A stretch of 64,000 nt of DNA from Longimicrobiales bacterium (GCA_965248195.1 CBDFIQ010000002.1:2400001-2464000), one strand, 5' to 3'. Shown: positions 1-12,400, numbered from the stretch's first letter. Notes: a model not told the origin generated them from the letters alone. Program-made: numbers and translations.

Positions 1-616
1 TCGCACCCGTGATCCACACGGGAATGCCAAACGCGGTCCCGGCGGTATCGGCCACCGTGTTAGCCTGAATGGCATTCCCCGTGAAGAAAGCCGTGAACCC
101 CAGCATTCCGGCGAAGAAAACGGCCATCCACTTCCAGTTCGCCCCCAGCCCGTGCTCGATGTAATACATGGGTCCGCCGGAGACGGTGCCCACCACCTTG
201 GCCGCGTCTTGGTGCACCGAGCGGTAATGCATGGACAGAGCGACCTCGGCATACTTGGTGGCCATTCCGAGGATCGCGGTCAGCCACATCCAGACCAAAG
301 CACCGGGGCCTCCCCAGTGAACGGCCAGCGCGACGCCGGCGATGTTACCGATGCCGACTGTGGCGGAAAGTGCGGTCGAGAGCGCTTGGAAATGGGAGAC
401 ATCGCCGGTGCTTTCGGGATCATCGTAGCGGCCCGTGGCAACCGCGACGCCATGGCCGAAGTGCCGAAGCTGGATAAACCCGAGGCGGAGCGTAAGGAAC
501 GCGCCCGCCCCGATGAGGGCGATAACCACGAGGGGAATCGTCGAGTCCCCCACAGGAATCCCCGCCTCCCATACGAATACTCGGACGGCGGTGACGAGGT
601 TCTCGAGAGTTTCCAT
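1..616 (-). CDS. alsT: Alanine/glycine:cation symporter (AGCS family); 5' part only, runs off the window
   Basis: Manual translation from ATG at 616 (AAGGGA RBS): METLENLV...GDVSHFQALSTALSATVGIGNIAGVALAVHWGGPGALVWMW...GMATKYAEV, the AGCS signature. Confidence 0.9.
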   Translation of the reverse strand, partial: METLENLVTAVRVFVWEAGIPVGDSTIPLVVIALIGAGAFLTLRLGFIQLRHFGHGVAVATGRYDDPESTGDVSHFQALSTALSATVGIGNIAGVALAVHWGGPGALVWMWLTAILGMATKYAEVALSMHYRSVHQDAAKVVGTVSGGPMYYIEHGLGANWKWMAVFFAGMLGFTAFFTGNAIQANTVADTAGTAFGIPVWITGA

Positions 617-628
617 TACGCATCCCTT

Positions 629-674
629 GAAGGCTATTGAGGAAGTACAGTGGGCCGCGTTGCGAATGCCACGG
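629..674. repeat. Degenerate solo copy of the left end of the adjacent MITE-like element
   Basis: gaaggctattgaggaagtacagtgggccgcgttgcgaatgccacgg matches 744-789 at 41/46 positions. Confidence 0.8.
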
Positions 675-743
675 AGGAAAGCGGAGAAGATTGTGTGGTG
701 AGGTCACCTGGGCAAGGTGATCCGAAGGACCTCGGGTCAGTAA

Positions 744-1133
744 GAAGGCTGCTGAAGGAGTACAGTGGGCCGCGTTGCGGATGCCACGGTCCTAGCTCCT
801 AGGCGGAGCGACGACGCCCTAGCATTCGCTACGGCTAGGAGCTCCAACAACGGAGATGGGGCCGTGCCACCGCAACCCACGAACGTGTAAGGTCATGCCC
901 TAAATGGTGGAGGGCACATGGCGGTTGCGCGGTTGATCCTGCGTCTCTCGTCGTCGCCGTAGAAGGACTACGACTCCTCGTCGTTCGTTCTTCGCCTTCG
1001 GCTCAGGTGCCGCGGAAACCAATGTCGATCGCCGAACATCAAGTCCGCGACGTTGTCTGAACGTGCGCAAGCGCGGGGCACCCACGCCGAAGGCGTGGGT
1101 CGCGCGACCCGCTGTACTCCTTCAGCAGCCTTC
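744..1133. mobile_element. Non-coding MITE/REP-like element of about 390 bp with 26-bp terminal inverted repeats
   Basis: gaaggctgctgaaggagtacagtggg (744-769) matches the reverse complement of 1108-1133 with 1 mismatch. Internal hairpins include ACCCACGCC-GAA-GGCGTGGGT (1080-1100). No credible ORF. Confidence 0.7.
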
Positions 1134-1482
1134 AAGGATCCGACAACATCCGTCCGAGAGGGCGACCACCGAGCAGGTGTAGATGCACGTGGAAAACTTC
1201 CTGGCCGGCGTGGGCCCTGCAGTTCAGGATGAGCCTGTATCCCGTCTCGTCGATCCCCTCTTCCTCAGCAAGCCTGGCAGCCACGCGGATCATGCGTCCG
1301 AGGGCCGCCTCGTCCTCTTCGGCCACGTCGGCAAGCGTCGGAACCGGTTTGTTGGGGACGACGAGAATGTGGGTCGGCGCTTGGGGTTGGACATCCCGAA
1401 AAGCCGTTACCAACTCGTCTTGATAGACGAGATCGGCCGGGATTTCCCTTCGGACGATCTGAGCGAACACCGTGTCCGTCAT
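1132..1482 (-). CDS. hinT: Histidine triad nucleotide-binding protein
   Basis: [14 protein letters not shown]...[17 protein letters not shown]...[15 protein letters not shown], the HxHxH motif. Confidence 0.93.
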   Translation of the reverse strand: MTDTVFAQIVRREIPADLVYQDELVTAFRDVQPQAPTHILVVPNKPVPTLADVAEEDEAALGRMIRVAARLAEEEGIDETGYRLILNCRAHAGQEVFHVHLHLLGGRPLGRMLSDP

Positions 1483-1537
1483 TCTGAACACCGTCCCGCG
1501 TTGGGGCGGCGGGGCGCGGCCATGAAGCTGCCGCCGG

Positions 1538-2740
1538 CTACCCTACCGCGTTGATCATGTCGAAGATAGGAAGATACATGGCCACGATCATTCCACCCAC
1601 TACCACGCCGAGCACGACGATCATGATCGGCTCCATGGCGGCCAGGAGCACCTCGACCGCCGCGTCGACCTCATCGTCGTAGAAGTCCGCGATCTTCGTC
1701 AGCATGTTGTCCAAGCCGCCTGTCTGCTCACCAACGTTGATCATCTGAACCACCATCGGCGGGAACACCCCCGACTCCTTGAGGGGCCCAGCGATCGTCT
1801 CCCCGCCGGCGATGGAGGCTCGCGAACTCATGACCGCGTCGTGGATCACCCGGTTGCCCGCAGTCTTCGCCGTGATCTCGAGTCCTTCCAGGATCGAGAC
1901 GCCGGAAGACACCAGGGTCCCCAGCGTTCGCGTAAACCGCGCGACCGCAGCCTTGCGTTGGAGATCTCCCAGGATCGGCATCGAAAGCATGAGCCTGTCG
2001 ATCGCGAGTTGCCCCCCGTCGGTAGCGTAGATCGCCCGAATCGCGAAGAAACTGGCCACGATCCCGATCAGAAGCGCCCACCAGAACGCCTGCAGGAACG
2101 CCGACATTCCGATCACGACTCGCGTCGGAAGCGGAAGCGGGATGCCCGCCGACTCGAACATCGTCTGGAACGTCGGGATCACGAATATCAAGAGAATGAC
2201 GATGGCCATCCCGGCCACGGAGAAGATCACGGACGGATAGACCATGGCACCCTTGATCTTCCTTATGAGGGCGTCGTTCTTCTCGAGGAAGGTGGCCAGA
2301 CGCAGCAGAATGGTATCGAGGATACCACCCGCCTCACCCGCGGACACCATGTTGACGAAGAGCTCGGTGAAGACCTTCGGGTGCTTCCCCATCGCGGAGG
2401 CGAGCGTATGGCCCGACTCGACGTCGTACAGCACTTCCCTGAGGACCTTGGCGAAGGCCGCGTTCTCCGTCTGCTCAGCCAGGATGTCCAGGCTCTGCAC
2501 GAGAGGAAGACCCGAGTTGATCATCGTCGCGAACTGTCGCGTGAAGATCACGATGTCGCGAGTCGTGATCCCCGTGCCGAATTGAATCGACAGCTGCTTC
2601 GGCTGCTCGCGTACAGCAACCGGGATCATCCTCTGCTTATGCAGAAAGGCGAGGACGTCCTCCTTGTTGGCAAGATCGATCTTGCCCTCTTTGATGTCGC
2701 CACCCGCTGCAGGGCGGGCACTCCAGTCGAAGGTCGGCAT
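1538..2740 (-). CDS. pilC: Type IV pilus inner-membrane platform protein (T2SS F family)
   Basis: [24 protein letters not shown] and GEQTGGLD motifs; two T2SSF repeats; lies downstream of pilB/pilT. Confidence 0.95.
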   Translation of the reverse strand: MPTFDWSARPAAGGDIKEGKIDLANKEDVLAFLHKQRMIPVAVREQPKQLSIQFGTGITTRDIVIFTRQFATMINSGLPLVQSLDILAEQTENAAFAKVLREVLYDVESGHTLASAMGKHPKVFTELFVNMVSAGEAGGILDTILLRLATFLEKNDALIRKIKGAMVYPSVIFSVAGMAIVILLIFVIPTFQTMFESAGIPLPLPTRVVIGMSAFLQAFWWALLIGIVASFFAIRAIYATDGGQLAIDRLMLSMPILGDLQRKAAVARFTRTLGTLVSSGVSILEGLEITAKTAGNRVIHDAVMSSRASIAGGETIAGPLKESGVFPPMVVQMINVGEQTGGLDNMLTKIADFYDDEVDAAVEVLLAAMEPIMIVVLGVVVGGMIVAMYLPIFDMINAVG

Positions 2741-2766
2741 CTTGGTTTACCTACTCCTTGGGTTGG

Positions 2767-3900
2767 TCAGGCCGTCGGCGTTTCACCCACAGCGCGCAGA
2801 AATTCGTTAGGGTCGGCGGAGCGCTTGAGCGCCTCCTCCTTGGTGATGACGCCCTGCAAATAGAGCACCTGAAAAGCGTCGTTCATCGTCTGCATGCCAT
2901 GCTTCTTCCCGGCCTGCATGAGCGAATAGATCTGATGGATCTTCTCGTCACGGATGACGGCGCGGACCGCCGGAGTGCAGATCATGACCTCCACGGCGCA
3001 GACTCGGCCACGTCCTTGGGCCACCGGGAGCAGCATCTGTGTAACCACTCCTTCTAGAATGAAGGCGAGCTGCGCACGCACCTGCGACTGCTGGTGAGAG
3101 GGGAAGGCGTCGATGATGCGGTTGATGGACTCGGCGGCGGAGTTGGTGTGAAGCGTAGCGAGCACCAGGTGCCCGGTCTCGGCGATCGTGAGTGCTGCGC
3201 TGATCGTTTCCAGATCCCGCATCTCACCGATCAGGATAATGTCGGGGTCCTGCCGAAGTGAATACTTGAGCGCCTATGAGAAGCTCTGTGTATCGGCCCC
3301 TACTTCACGCTGGTTCACCATGCACTTTTGGTGCCGATGGATGAACTCGATCGGATCCTCGATGGTGATGATGTGCCCGCGACGTTCGCGGTTGATCTTG
3401 TCCACCAAGGCGGCCAGCGTGGTCGACTTCCCCGACCCCGTGGGGCCCGTTACGAGAACGAGCCCGCGCGGGCGTTCCGCCAACTTGGAAACGATCGGGG
3501 GCAGGCCGAGCTCTTTGACGTTGGTGATCTGGTGCGGGATCTGCCGGATCGCCATGGCCACGCAGCCGCGCTGCTTGAACACGTTGCCACGGAACCGGGA
3601 GAGCTTCTGAACGCCGAAAGAGAAGTCCAACTCGTCCTCGGTCTCGAAGCGCTTCTTCTGGTTCTCCGTGAGGATCGAGTACGAAATCTGAAGCGTGTCC
3701 TTCGGCGTCAAGATATGATTGATCGCAGAATCTTGGAGTTCTCCGTCGATCCGGATCTTCGCCCTCACACCCGCCGTGACATGGAGGTCGGAGGCTCCCT
3801 TTTGGATCATCTCCTGAAGGAGGAGCCGAAGATTGACCTCCGTGGGCGGAGTCGCCTGCTTTGGGGGTTTAGCCTCGGCCGTCGATGTCGGTTGGTTCAT
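2767..3900 (-). pseudogene. pilT: Type IV pilus retraction ATPase interrupted by an in-frame TAG at 3274-3276
   Basis: Walker A GPTGSGKST and TIEDPIE, then ...[29 protein letters not shown]...[12 protein letters not shown] in one frame. The ORF-track entries 3274..3900 and 2767..3222 are collinear halves. Confidence 0.9.
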
Positions 3901-3931
3901 TCTGTTCGCTTTAGGAAAGAGTGTTCATAGG

Positions 3932-5647
3932 TCAATCGGCGGTCGTGGTCTCCTTAATTACCTCCTCCAATGTCGTGGCGCCTCTTTCGACCTTTTTGAG
4001 GCCGTCCATGCGAAGAGTGAGCATGCCATTGTCCAGCGCCACCTGTCGAAGTTCGTCGGTGCTGGCCTCCGTCATGATCGCCTTCCGGATCGACGAGTTG
4101 ACAAGCATGACCTCATACAGACCCTGACGCCCCTTGTACCCGGTGCCACCACATGCATCACAGCCCTCTCCCTTGTAAAAGGTCTGGGCACCGGCCCAGT
4201 CGAGCGGGACATGCGCGGACGTCAGGAATTCCTCTGGGTATGTCGTTTCCACCTTACAATCCGAACAGATTCTGCGGAGGAGCCGCTGGGCCGTGAGACA
4301 ATTCAAAGCCGCGGCCAGATTGAAGGGCTCCAACCCCATGTCGATCATTCTCGTGATCGTCGAGGGCGTGTCGTTCGTGTGCAGCGTGGAGAGCACGAGG
4401 TGACCCGTGAGCGCGGCCTTGATGGCGATGCCCCCCGTCTCGAGGTCTCGAATCTCACCGACCATAATGATGTTCGGGTCCTGCCTCAGGAACGCCTTGA
4501 GCGCCTCCGCAAACCCCATCCCGATCTCGGTGCGGACGAGGACCTGGTTGATCCCGTGGAGGTTGTACTCCACCGGGTCCTCGACGGTCATGATGTTCAC
4601 GCCGTCATGGTTGATCTGGGAGAGGGCGGAGTAGAGAGTGGTGGTTTTCCCGGATCCGGTTGGGCCCGTCACCAGGACCATGCCGTACGGATTCGAGATC
4701 GCCCCCATGAATTCCTTCTCGGCCTGGGCCTCGAACCCGAACGAGCTGAGATCGAACGTGAGGTTCCCCGCATCCAGGATACGCAGCACGATTTTTTCGC
4801 CGAAAATCACTGGGAGCGTAGAGACACGGAAGTCGACCACCTTCCGTTTCAAGCGGAGCTTGATGCGCCCGTCCTGGGGGACCCGGCGCTCCGCAATGTT
4901 CAGGTCGGAAAGAATCTTGATCCGAGAAACGAGTGCCGCTTTCATCTTCAACGGCGGCTTCAGGACTTCGTAAAGCTCTCCGTCTAACCGATAGCGGACT
5001 CGGATTTCCTTCTCATACGGTTCGATGTGTATGTCGGAAACGCCCCTGCGGACCGCATCGGTGAGGAGTCCGTTGATGAACTTGACGACCGGTGCGTCCT
5101 CGACCTGGCTCTGGAGAGCAGCGAGGCTCTCCTCCTCTTCATCGTCTTCGACGAACTCGAGGTCCTCTTCGGAAAAATCGCCGAGAAGGTCGTCGACCTG
5201 GTCATCCGAGACGCCGTAATACTTCTCCAAATGCTTCCGTAGGGTGTACTCACCGACGATCACCGGCTCGATATCGAACCGGGTCTTGAACCGCAGGACG
5301 TCGATGGCTTCGATCTCGGACGGGTTGGCCATCGCCACGGTCAGGGTCCGGCCCACCCTGCGCAGCGGAAGCACGAGGTGTTTGTACGCCATCTCCCCAT
5401 CGATGAGCTTATAGATCTTGGGGTCAACCTCGACCTTCTCAAGGTCGACCGCCGGAAGGCGGTACTGCTTGGAGAGCATCCGAGTCAGCTCGTTTTCGCC
5501 CACGAACCCAAGCTTGACAAGAGAAAATCCTATACGTGTTTCACCCTCCTTGGCGTCTTCAAGCGCGGCTTGGAGTTGTTCGGCATCGATGAGACCCTCT
5601 CGAACGAACAGGTCACCGAGGCGAAGTTCTGCGACGTTGGTCGCCAT
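3932..5647 (-). CDS. pilB: Type IV pilus extension ATPase with an N-terminal MshEN-like domain
   Basis: RLGDLFVREGLI...RIGFSLVKLGFV N-terminus; GPTGSGKTT; RQDPNIIMVGEIRD; CSDC/CDAC zinc motif. Confidence 0.95.
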   Translation of the reverse strand: MATNVAELRLGDLFVREGLIDAEQLQAALEDAKEGETRIGFSLVKLGFVGENELTRMLSKQYRLPAVDLEKVEVDPKIYKLIDGEMAYKHLVLPLRRVGRTLTVAMANPSEIEAIDVLRFKTRFDIEPVIVGEYTLRKHLEKYYGVSDDQVDDLLGDFSEEDLEFVEDDEEEESLAALQSQVEDAPVVKFINGLLTDAVRRGVSDIHIEPYEKEIRVRYRLDGELYEVLKPPLKMKAALVSRIKILSDLNIAERRVPQDGRIKLRLKRKVVDFRVSTLPVIFGEKIVLRILDAGNLTFDLSSFGFEAQAEKEFMGAISNPYGMVLVTGPTGSGKTTTLYSALSQINHDGVNIMTVEDPVEYNLHGINQVLVRTEIGMGFAEALKAFLRQDPNIIMVGEIRDLETGGIAIKAALTGHLVLSTLHTNDTPSTITRMIDMGLEPFNLAAALNCLTAQRLLRRICSDCKVETTYPEEFLTSAHVPLDWAGAQTFYKGEGCDACGGTGYKGRQGLYEVMLVNSSIRKAIMTEASTDELRQVALDNGMLTLRMDGLKKVERGATTLEEVIKETTTAD

Positions 5648-5704
5648 CGCTGGAGCCCTCCGGCAAGGCAGAATTGGGTGGAAACGTTTGTGTCCCTAAC
5701 GCCA

Positions 5705-5734
5705 AAGTTAGATTCGATTGCCCCCGGGGTGCAA
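5705..5734 (-). promoter_or_regulatory. Possible sigma70 promoter upstream of pilB
   Basis: Minus strand TTGCAC-N18-TAACTT in the comEA-pilB gap. Confidence 0.3.
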
Positions 5735-5745
5735 GAACAAAAAAC

Positions 5746-6414
5746 TCAACCTCCAATGAGAACGAGCGACCTAATTCGTTCGATGGTGGCCGGGCCGATT
5801 CCCCGGACGGATCGAAGCTCCTCCAACCCCCGGAATCTCCCAAGTTCTTGTCGTAGTGTCAGGATACGCTCCGCGATCACCGGGCCGACTCCCGGAATTC
5901 TCTCCAATTCTTCCCGGCTCGCACGGTTGAGGTCGAGACGGGCCGGCCTGTGAGCCGCCGGATTCCCGACCGGCCGAGAGGGCACGGCCGCATCACCAAA
6001 CCGGGGCTGAGTCGACCATTCGAGGTAGGGTGTAATTCTGGCAAGGGTTGACGGTCCCACGCCCGGCACCGATAGAAGATCCCGCGGCTCGGCGAACGGC
6101 CCACGTTCCTGCCTCATTTGAACGATTCTTGCGGCCACGGCAGGACCCACGCCCGGTAGGCGATCCAGATCCTCCTCTCCCGCAGTGTTCGGGTCGATCC
6201 GTTCACCGCTGGATAGTGGACGCGCACGCCTCTGGGCCTCGTCCCGGCTTCCCCGGCTCTCATCCAGGAGCACGGCCAGCCCGGACGAATCCTGGACCAC
6301 GGCTCCTTGGGTCGTCACCTGGCTCCGGACGCCTTCCGCCACGATTCTAAGTAGGCCGAGGCCCAGCACCAACAGAGCGGCGTGCCTGAGAGCGCGGGTC
6401 TCGGAGAAGGTCAT
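5746..6414 (-). CDS. comEA: ComEA family DNA-binding protein with two helix-hairpin-helix domains
   Basis: N-terminal hydrophobic anchor, then IDPNTAGEEDLDRLPGVGPAVA and LDLNRASREELERIPGVGPVIA...VRGIGP. Probable start MTFSE at 6414. Confidence 0.9.
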   Translation of the reverse strand: MTFSETRALRHAALLVLGLGLLRIVAEGVRSQVTTQGAVVQDSSGLAVLLDESRGSRDEAQRRARPLSSGERIDPNTAGEEDLDRLPGVGPAVAARIVQMRQERGPFAEPRDLLSVPGVGPSTLARITPYLEWSTQPRFGDAAVPSRPVGNPAAHRPARLDLNRASREELERIPGVGPVIAERILTLRQELGRFRGLEELRSVRGIGPATIERIRSLVLIGG

Positions 6415-6451
6415 TCGCCACGGTGCGGCCGGCGGCCGGGCGTCGCCATGG

Positions 6452-9400
6452 TTATCTGAGCAGCGCGTCGTCCGCGATGACAAAACGGCCAAAAAGGCCG
6501 AATTGGAATTGGGAGGACCCCGACTGGAGCCCGACAAAGGACCGCCGATCCGTGTACGAAAGCTGGAGCCGAACGTCCATGCGGGATACGGCAGTCTCCA
6601 CCCGAAAAATCAGGCTCCGAATCAGCTCGTCCAGAAACGGGACACAATCCGCTCGGATAGCGGTGGTGCGACAGTTTCGATCCGACGCGTATTGTAAGAG
6701 CGCGGTCGTCGTAATCGGGCGCGTCAAGCGAGCCGCCAAAGCGGGCGGAGGACGCATCGAGGCCGTGAGCGAAACCGTATGATTTTCCCTGGTTCTCTCG
6801 GTTTCCCCAGTGGGGTCACCTCCCTCACCGCTCACGAATGAGCCTCGATAGCTCGTGGATATGCCACCGGCCCATACGAGGGCGATCTCAACCGGGATCC
6901 GTTCATCCAGCTGAAACCTTTCTTGCAGGCTAAACCCGCCGAAGGCGGTCTCTTGCCTGATGCGCTGGAACCCTGCAGATAGACTCACACGCCCGATCAA
7001 CCCCTGGTTCGGGAGGGGCAAATTCGCGAGCGAAACGTTTAGGTCGGGCCAGGTTTCGCGCCGGAGCCTGCGGTCAATCCGAGTGTCCAAGGTGTTCGCC
7101 GTCGTCAGACGGTAGTTCACGCCCACCCGAAACTCCGCAGGCAGGCGCACGCTGGATCGGATGTTCCAGCCGACCCGGTCCGTGAACGTCGTCGCGGTGT
7201 CCGCCCCCAATGCCGCATACTCATCCCGCCCTGCGAAGCCGAAGCGGTAGGAGAATTGCGGATCCACCGGATCGCGATCGAATATCGAGGTCACCCCGGC
7301 CTGGTAGGTGACCGTAATCGGGTCGATCGCATCCACCATCGCTCCTACCCCTCTGGCGAGGGCCGATCCCCCCGAGGACCCCTCGCCGGGCGGCCCGAGA
7401 ATCTCAGACGGAACCAACGTGATCTGGCCGGTGAAATCGCGGCGGCCGTTGACGTTGCGCACCAGCGCTAGGACCGTGTCGCCGACGGGGTCCGGGGAGC
7501 GATCTACAAAAGTCCCCGTGCGATGGCTGGAGTAAAACGTCTGCCAGCCTAGCGTGGTACGAATCCAATCGCCGAAACGTGGCTCATAGCTCATCCGCGT
7601 TCGCACGATCCTGTCGGTCTCCCACCCGAGATCGACATCCAAGAGCTTGAGCCGCTCGTCGGACAGTAAGTCCTGAACGGCAGGATCGACGACCGTTTTT
7701 TCCGCATCGAGAAGGTCCCGAACGGACACTAAATCCGCCTGAGCAGAAAACGTCTCGAACGGCCGGAAATCGATCTCGAAAGCACCATCGAGGGACTCCC
7801 GGGGCGACCGTGTGGGCTTCACCAGGGAGTCAGCGACCTGTTCGAGGATCTGGTCGAACCGCAAGGCCCGTTGACGGCTGCGGGCGTAGGACCCGCCGAA
7901 AGAAAGGCGCTCCGGACTCCACCGAAAGCGGCTGTCGACCACCGCATCCTCCCATGCGCGCGGGAGCAGCCAGCGTAGTACTGGCTTGAGGAATCCGGGC
8001 ACGATCCCGAAATCACGCCGACCCACGGCCCGACCATATCCGACGTGCCCATCCACGCCTGCTGCCGACCCGTCGGAGGTAATCGTTGTCGAACTGGCGG
8101 TGAAGTAACCGGCCCGTACTTCCAGGCCGTCGAGCAGAAGACCGATCACAGGATTCGCTGCCGGTGTACGCTTCCGAAACGCCACGTCGACACGGGTCCT
8201 CCTTGACCCCGGCTCCCTCAGATTCCGAACGTTGTCCGCCCGAACGTCACTCCCGGCGAGGAACTGTGGGTCCTGGTCGCTTCTCACGTGCGTCACGGTG
8301 ACGGGGATCTCGACCCCCCAATCCGTCGGAGCCATTCGGTCGAGGTTGAACGTCGACCCCACGGTTACTATTCGGTCCCCTTGAAACGTCGGGTTCTCCG
8401 TCAGCTGTCTGAAGAGCGCGCCACGGCCACTGACTGCCAGATGCGTTGTCCAGACGTCGGAGGCGTCTACATCCAGCGCGAGGTGAGAAGCCATCCCCGC
8501 GTCCCGGAACGGGGAAGAAAGCCTCATCTCGTTGATCCACACCTCTCCCCCTGTCGGGAAGCCCCCTTCGTTCCAGACCCCCATCGACAATTCCCGGACA
8601 GCCGCGAGGTTGGGGGCTCGTGCCCGGTCCTTGAGTACAATCGCGTACGTCGAATCCCGTGCCCAAAGTTCGAGCGGGGGGTCTCCGGGGCCGCGTGGGT
8701 CGAACATGAGGCTCTCCTCCGCTTTTCGTCGAAGGTCGATCCACTCCTCGAAGTCGATGACGATTTCGGGGAGCCAACCCTCGGGAGTGATCTGCTCCGG
8801 ATTCGGCACCGGTTGAAGCGGTGTTCGATAGAGATAGAAGTTCTCGGCGTCCTCTCCGACCTTCACGAAGAATGACAGGGGCACGGTGGCCCCCCAATCG
8901 CCCCTGCGCGCGAGCGCCCACAGCTTGAGCTCCCGATAGGGCAGAAAATCCCTCGGACGCTGGGGAAACCGGTTGAAGACCTCCGCCCGGGATCCAGGCT
9001 GCACACCCTCATATTCCAGCTTGAGACCCTTTTCGTTGAACTCCCTGCCCAATCCACCGAAGGCAGCCGAAGGATCGTCCAATTCCTCGATCACCCCTGG
9101 GGGCGCCTGGTACGTGTCTCCCTCGGTGACGCCACTCACGGGGCCCACCTCGGCGCGCCCGAGCATGCTCACCGTATCACCCACGATGCCGTCCAGGACG
9201 CCCGACTCGGCTCGCTTCACCCAATGGGCTCCGACCAAGCGCATCCGAAACAGCGTGACGCTTTGGCGGAGCCGACCCGCGACCGTCAGGCGCATGTGTT
9301 TCACCGCTCGAAAGTCGGCCTCAGAGAAGGGTCCGGGCACCTCGGTGACAGCCCCCCCCCGAATCGGAATCCGATAGAGCTGGAACTCGGTCCCCGTTTC

Positions 9401-12400
9401 CGCCTGGTTGCGTACCAGAAACGGGGATGAGCCGTCCAGCCGAACCACGAACCGCAGGTAACGCTCGAGCCCGTCCAGGTTACCGTCCCCGTCCAGATCT
9501 TCGGTATCCTGAACGCCATTGCCGCGCGTGCAGTTCGCCCTCCGGTCACCGAGATCGTAGACGCCTCCGGGCTTCGCCTGGCAGGCCTCTCCCCATACAC
9601 CTCTCTGGTCGGCGTCATCACTCCAGACTTCCCCGAGGCGCGGGTCCGCCTCGTGATCGAGACGCCCGAGTCCCCATGGGGCACCGCCTTCCTTCACCCC
9701 CGCAGTGCGGCCCTGGTCATCGATGAACATCGCGTCCTCGCCGACTACACCCAGGTCGATCACGAGGCTGAGGGAATCGCCCTCCGCCGCGTAAAACTCC
9801 AGCGACTCTGTCTTGCTGAGGTCCATCCCGGTGGCGCTCAAGCTGGTCGTAATAGACCGCCAGGATGGCTCCGTCGTACTGCTGGGACTCGGAGTGAACG
9901 TCATTACCATGCCCGACTCACGGGGCTGGCTCCCGACGACGTTGATCTGGTGATCGACATCGACTTCCGGGATAAAGCCGACGAACACACCGGAGCTGTC
10001 CTGTTCGGGCCCCCGGACCACCCAGGTATGTTGCCAAACGAGACGCGCCGCCCCTGACTCGTTCACCGGAAGCGGCAAGACGGCTTCCGCCCCGTCGCGG
10101 AAAGCCGGGGCGCTACCCAGGACCCAATCGGGAGTGTCGAGAGAGAGAGCCCGCTCATTGGACGCATCGAAGTCGTCCAGAAACACGTCAGCGCGAATGT
10201 TCGGATTGGGAAGCGAGAGGGCGACTTCCCCCTCCAGGCCAACTCTGGAGGGCCGCCCCACACGCAGCCCTGGAATTTTCTCCAGCAACCGGTCGAGGCC
10301 ACTCGCCGGGAAGTCGAAATCCATGCTCAGTCCACTCAGCGTGATCGCCGCCGCTTCGGTTCCCAACTGGGGCCGATTGACCAACGCCTGCTCACTCTGG
10401 CGGAGAGCCAGTATGTTGAACCCCCCGAAGGGACCGGCCCGGATGCCGCCGTTAAAGCCGAAGACGGAGGTCGGTGTGACCTGGAAGATCGACTTCTGCT
10501 CCCACGAGGCACGCACGACCGGCTCGGACGCGGTGGCGAACAGAGCCTCCGGCTGGGTCAACGTCACCTGCCCGATCGTGTAGTCGATGGTATAGTCGAT
10601 GTCTCGGGCCAGAAGACGATCTCCAAGGAAGACGCGTTCTGACTCGCCACGGATACCCAGCGCACCCAGCGAGAAGGAGGAGATGACGCCTCGGCTTCGA
10701 AGTTCGAAGGGGATGGTCAGGCGGTAGAGCCCGCCGCTCTCCCGCAGGAAAGGATCTTCGGCTTCGTAGATCGTCGGGTTCCCATCGAGCCCCAGAATCT
10801 GCGCCGTTTCCCCCGCGGTGAGGCCGAGCACCGGCACGGGTGGAGGGGCCTGGAATGGGCGGAGCGTCGGAAAGAAGATGAACACACCCGGAACCACGGG
10901 CTGCTCCAGAAGAAACTCGTCGGCCCACCGGTGGAGTCCGGCCGGATCGAGTGCGTCTACAGGTGCCTCCTCGTCCAAGCCGAAGAGCCTCAGGAACGTC
11001 ACATCCCTCCCGGCGAGATCCCGCGTGAAGGTACGACCCGCGCTGAGCTCCCCCAAAGAGATGGACAATCCGACCGATGACGGATCGACGTCGGTGGACG
11101 AGGAGACACGGTAAACCTGGTGCATCTCCTGATCCCAGGTGGGCAGGCCCGGTCTGTGGTTGGCCCTCGACGCCTGCAAAAGCTTGAGCGAGGGGCGCCG
11201 GCCGGCGTTGTAGACTCGCTCGGGATTGTACGTGCCGATCGTGTCACCCGTCGCCGAGACGTAAGTCACGGCGAGCATCTCGTCCCGGCCAAGGGGCCGC
11301 CTCAGAGCCACCCACAATCCGCTCGAATGAATCGAATAGTCGACGCCTGGTTGAAGGAAGCGGAACCACCCGGATTCCTCAACAGTAATTCCGTCCCGGC
11401 TCGCGAACCCGTCCGCCTGGATGAGCCCATCCACCTGCTGGCGTGTAACGGGGTCGGTTTCGAAACGATAGAGCTGAACCGGGTCCACCCCGGGCACGAC
11501 GTCCAGGGGTGCCAAAGACGGATCCAAGGCCAGAACATCGATGTGCGGGCTGCGATCGATCTCCGCAGGGTCGACCAGAAAAAAGAATTGGCCCCGTACG
11601 TAGTCCGCGTCGTCAAGGACGAGCGTGTCGACCTGGACGAAATTCTCTTGGCCGGGGCCCCCGCTCAAACGGAATTCTCGACTCGACACGTCGCCCGTTT
11701 GCTGAGCCCAGACACTTCTGAAATCCAGGGGACCCGCCTGCCCCGTCGCCAGGAAACCGAAGTTTCCGGCGGGGACGCCTTCGGTCAGAAAGCGTGACCT
11801 GGGAAGAGCGAAGGTGACGTCCCCCAACTCCACCGTCTTCAGGACCGCGTCGTCGTCACCCTGATAGAAAATGTTGAGGTTGTTGGCAGCCGAAAATTCA
11901 CGCGCCTGATCGAAGTCCACATCCAGTGTGATACGATCGGCGATCGTTCCCGCCGCCCGAACAGCGAACTGAATATCGGGGCTGAGCCGCGGGAGCAGGC
12001 CGGGTTCGCAGGAAAACTGCACCCTTGTATCGCAAGGGCGAAACCGGGTCCAATCACCGCCCAATTCGCCCTGACCAACGATCTCGAAAACCAGATCTGC
12101 GAATTCACTCGCCAACCCGGTGTCCGTTGGCACACCAGCGGGTAGGGGCGGGGCCGGTGCGGAGGGTTCGAAAAGGGTCCTCCGCCTCAGGGCCATCCGC
12201 CGCCGGATCAGCGTCGGTCCCCGAGCCACCACCCAACGAGACAAATTCGGCGTGGGCCCATCGGTGACGATCGTGGGAGCGTCAAAATCGATCGGCACAA
12301 GGAGTGGAATCGGCTTCAGGCCAATTCGACCGACCGTATACCGTCGCTGCCCTTGCTGGCCCGGAAAAGGTGAAAGAAAAGCGGGTAGCTCGAGCTCGGT

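Noticed and set aside
3274..3276. Genome-wide TAG reassignment
   Set aside because: Several genes here terminate at TAG at their expected C-termini.
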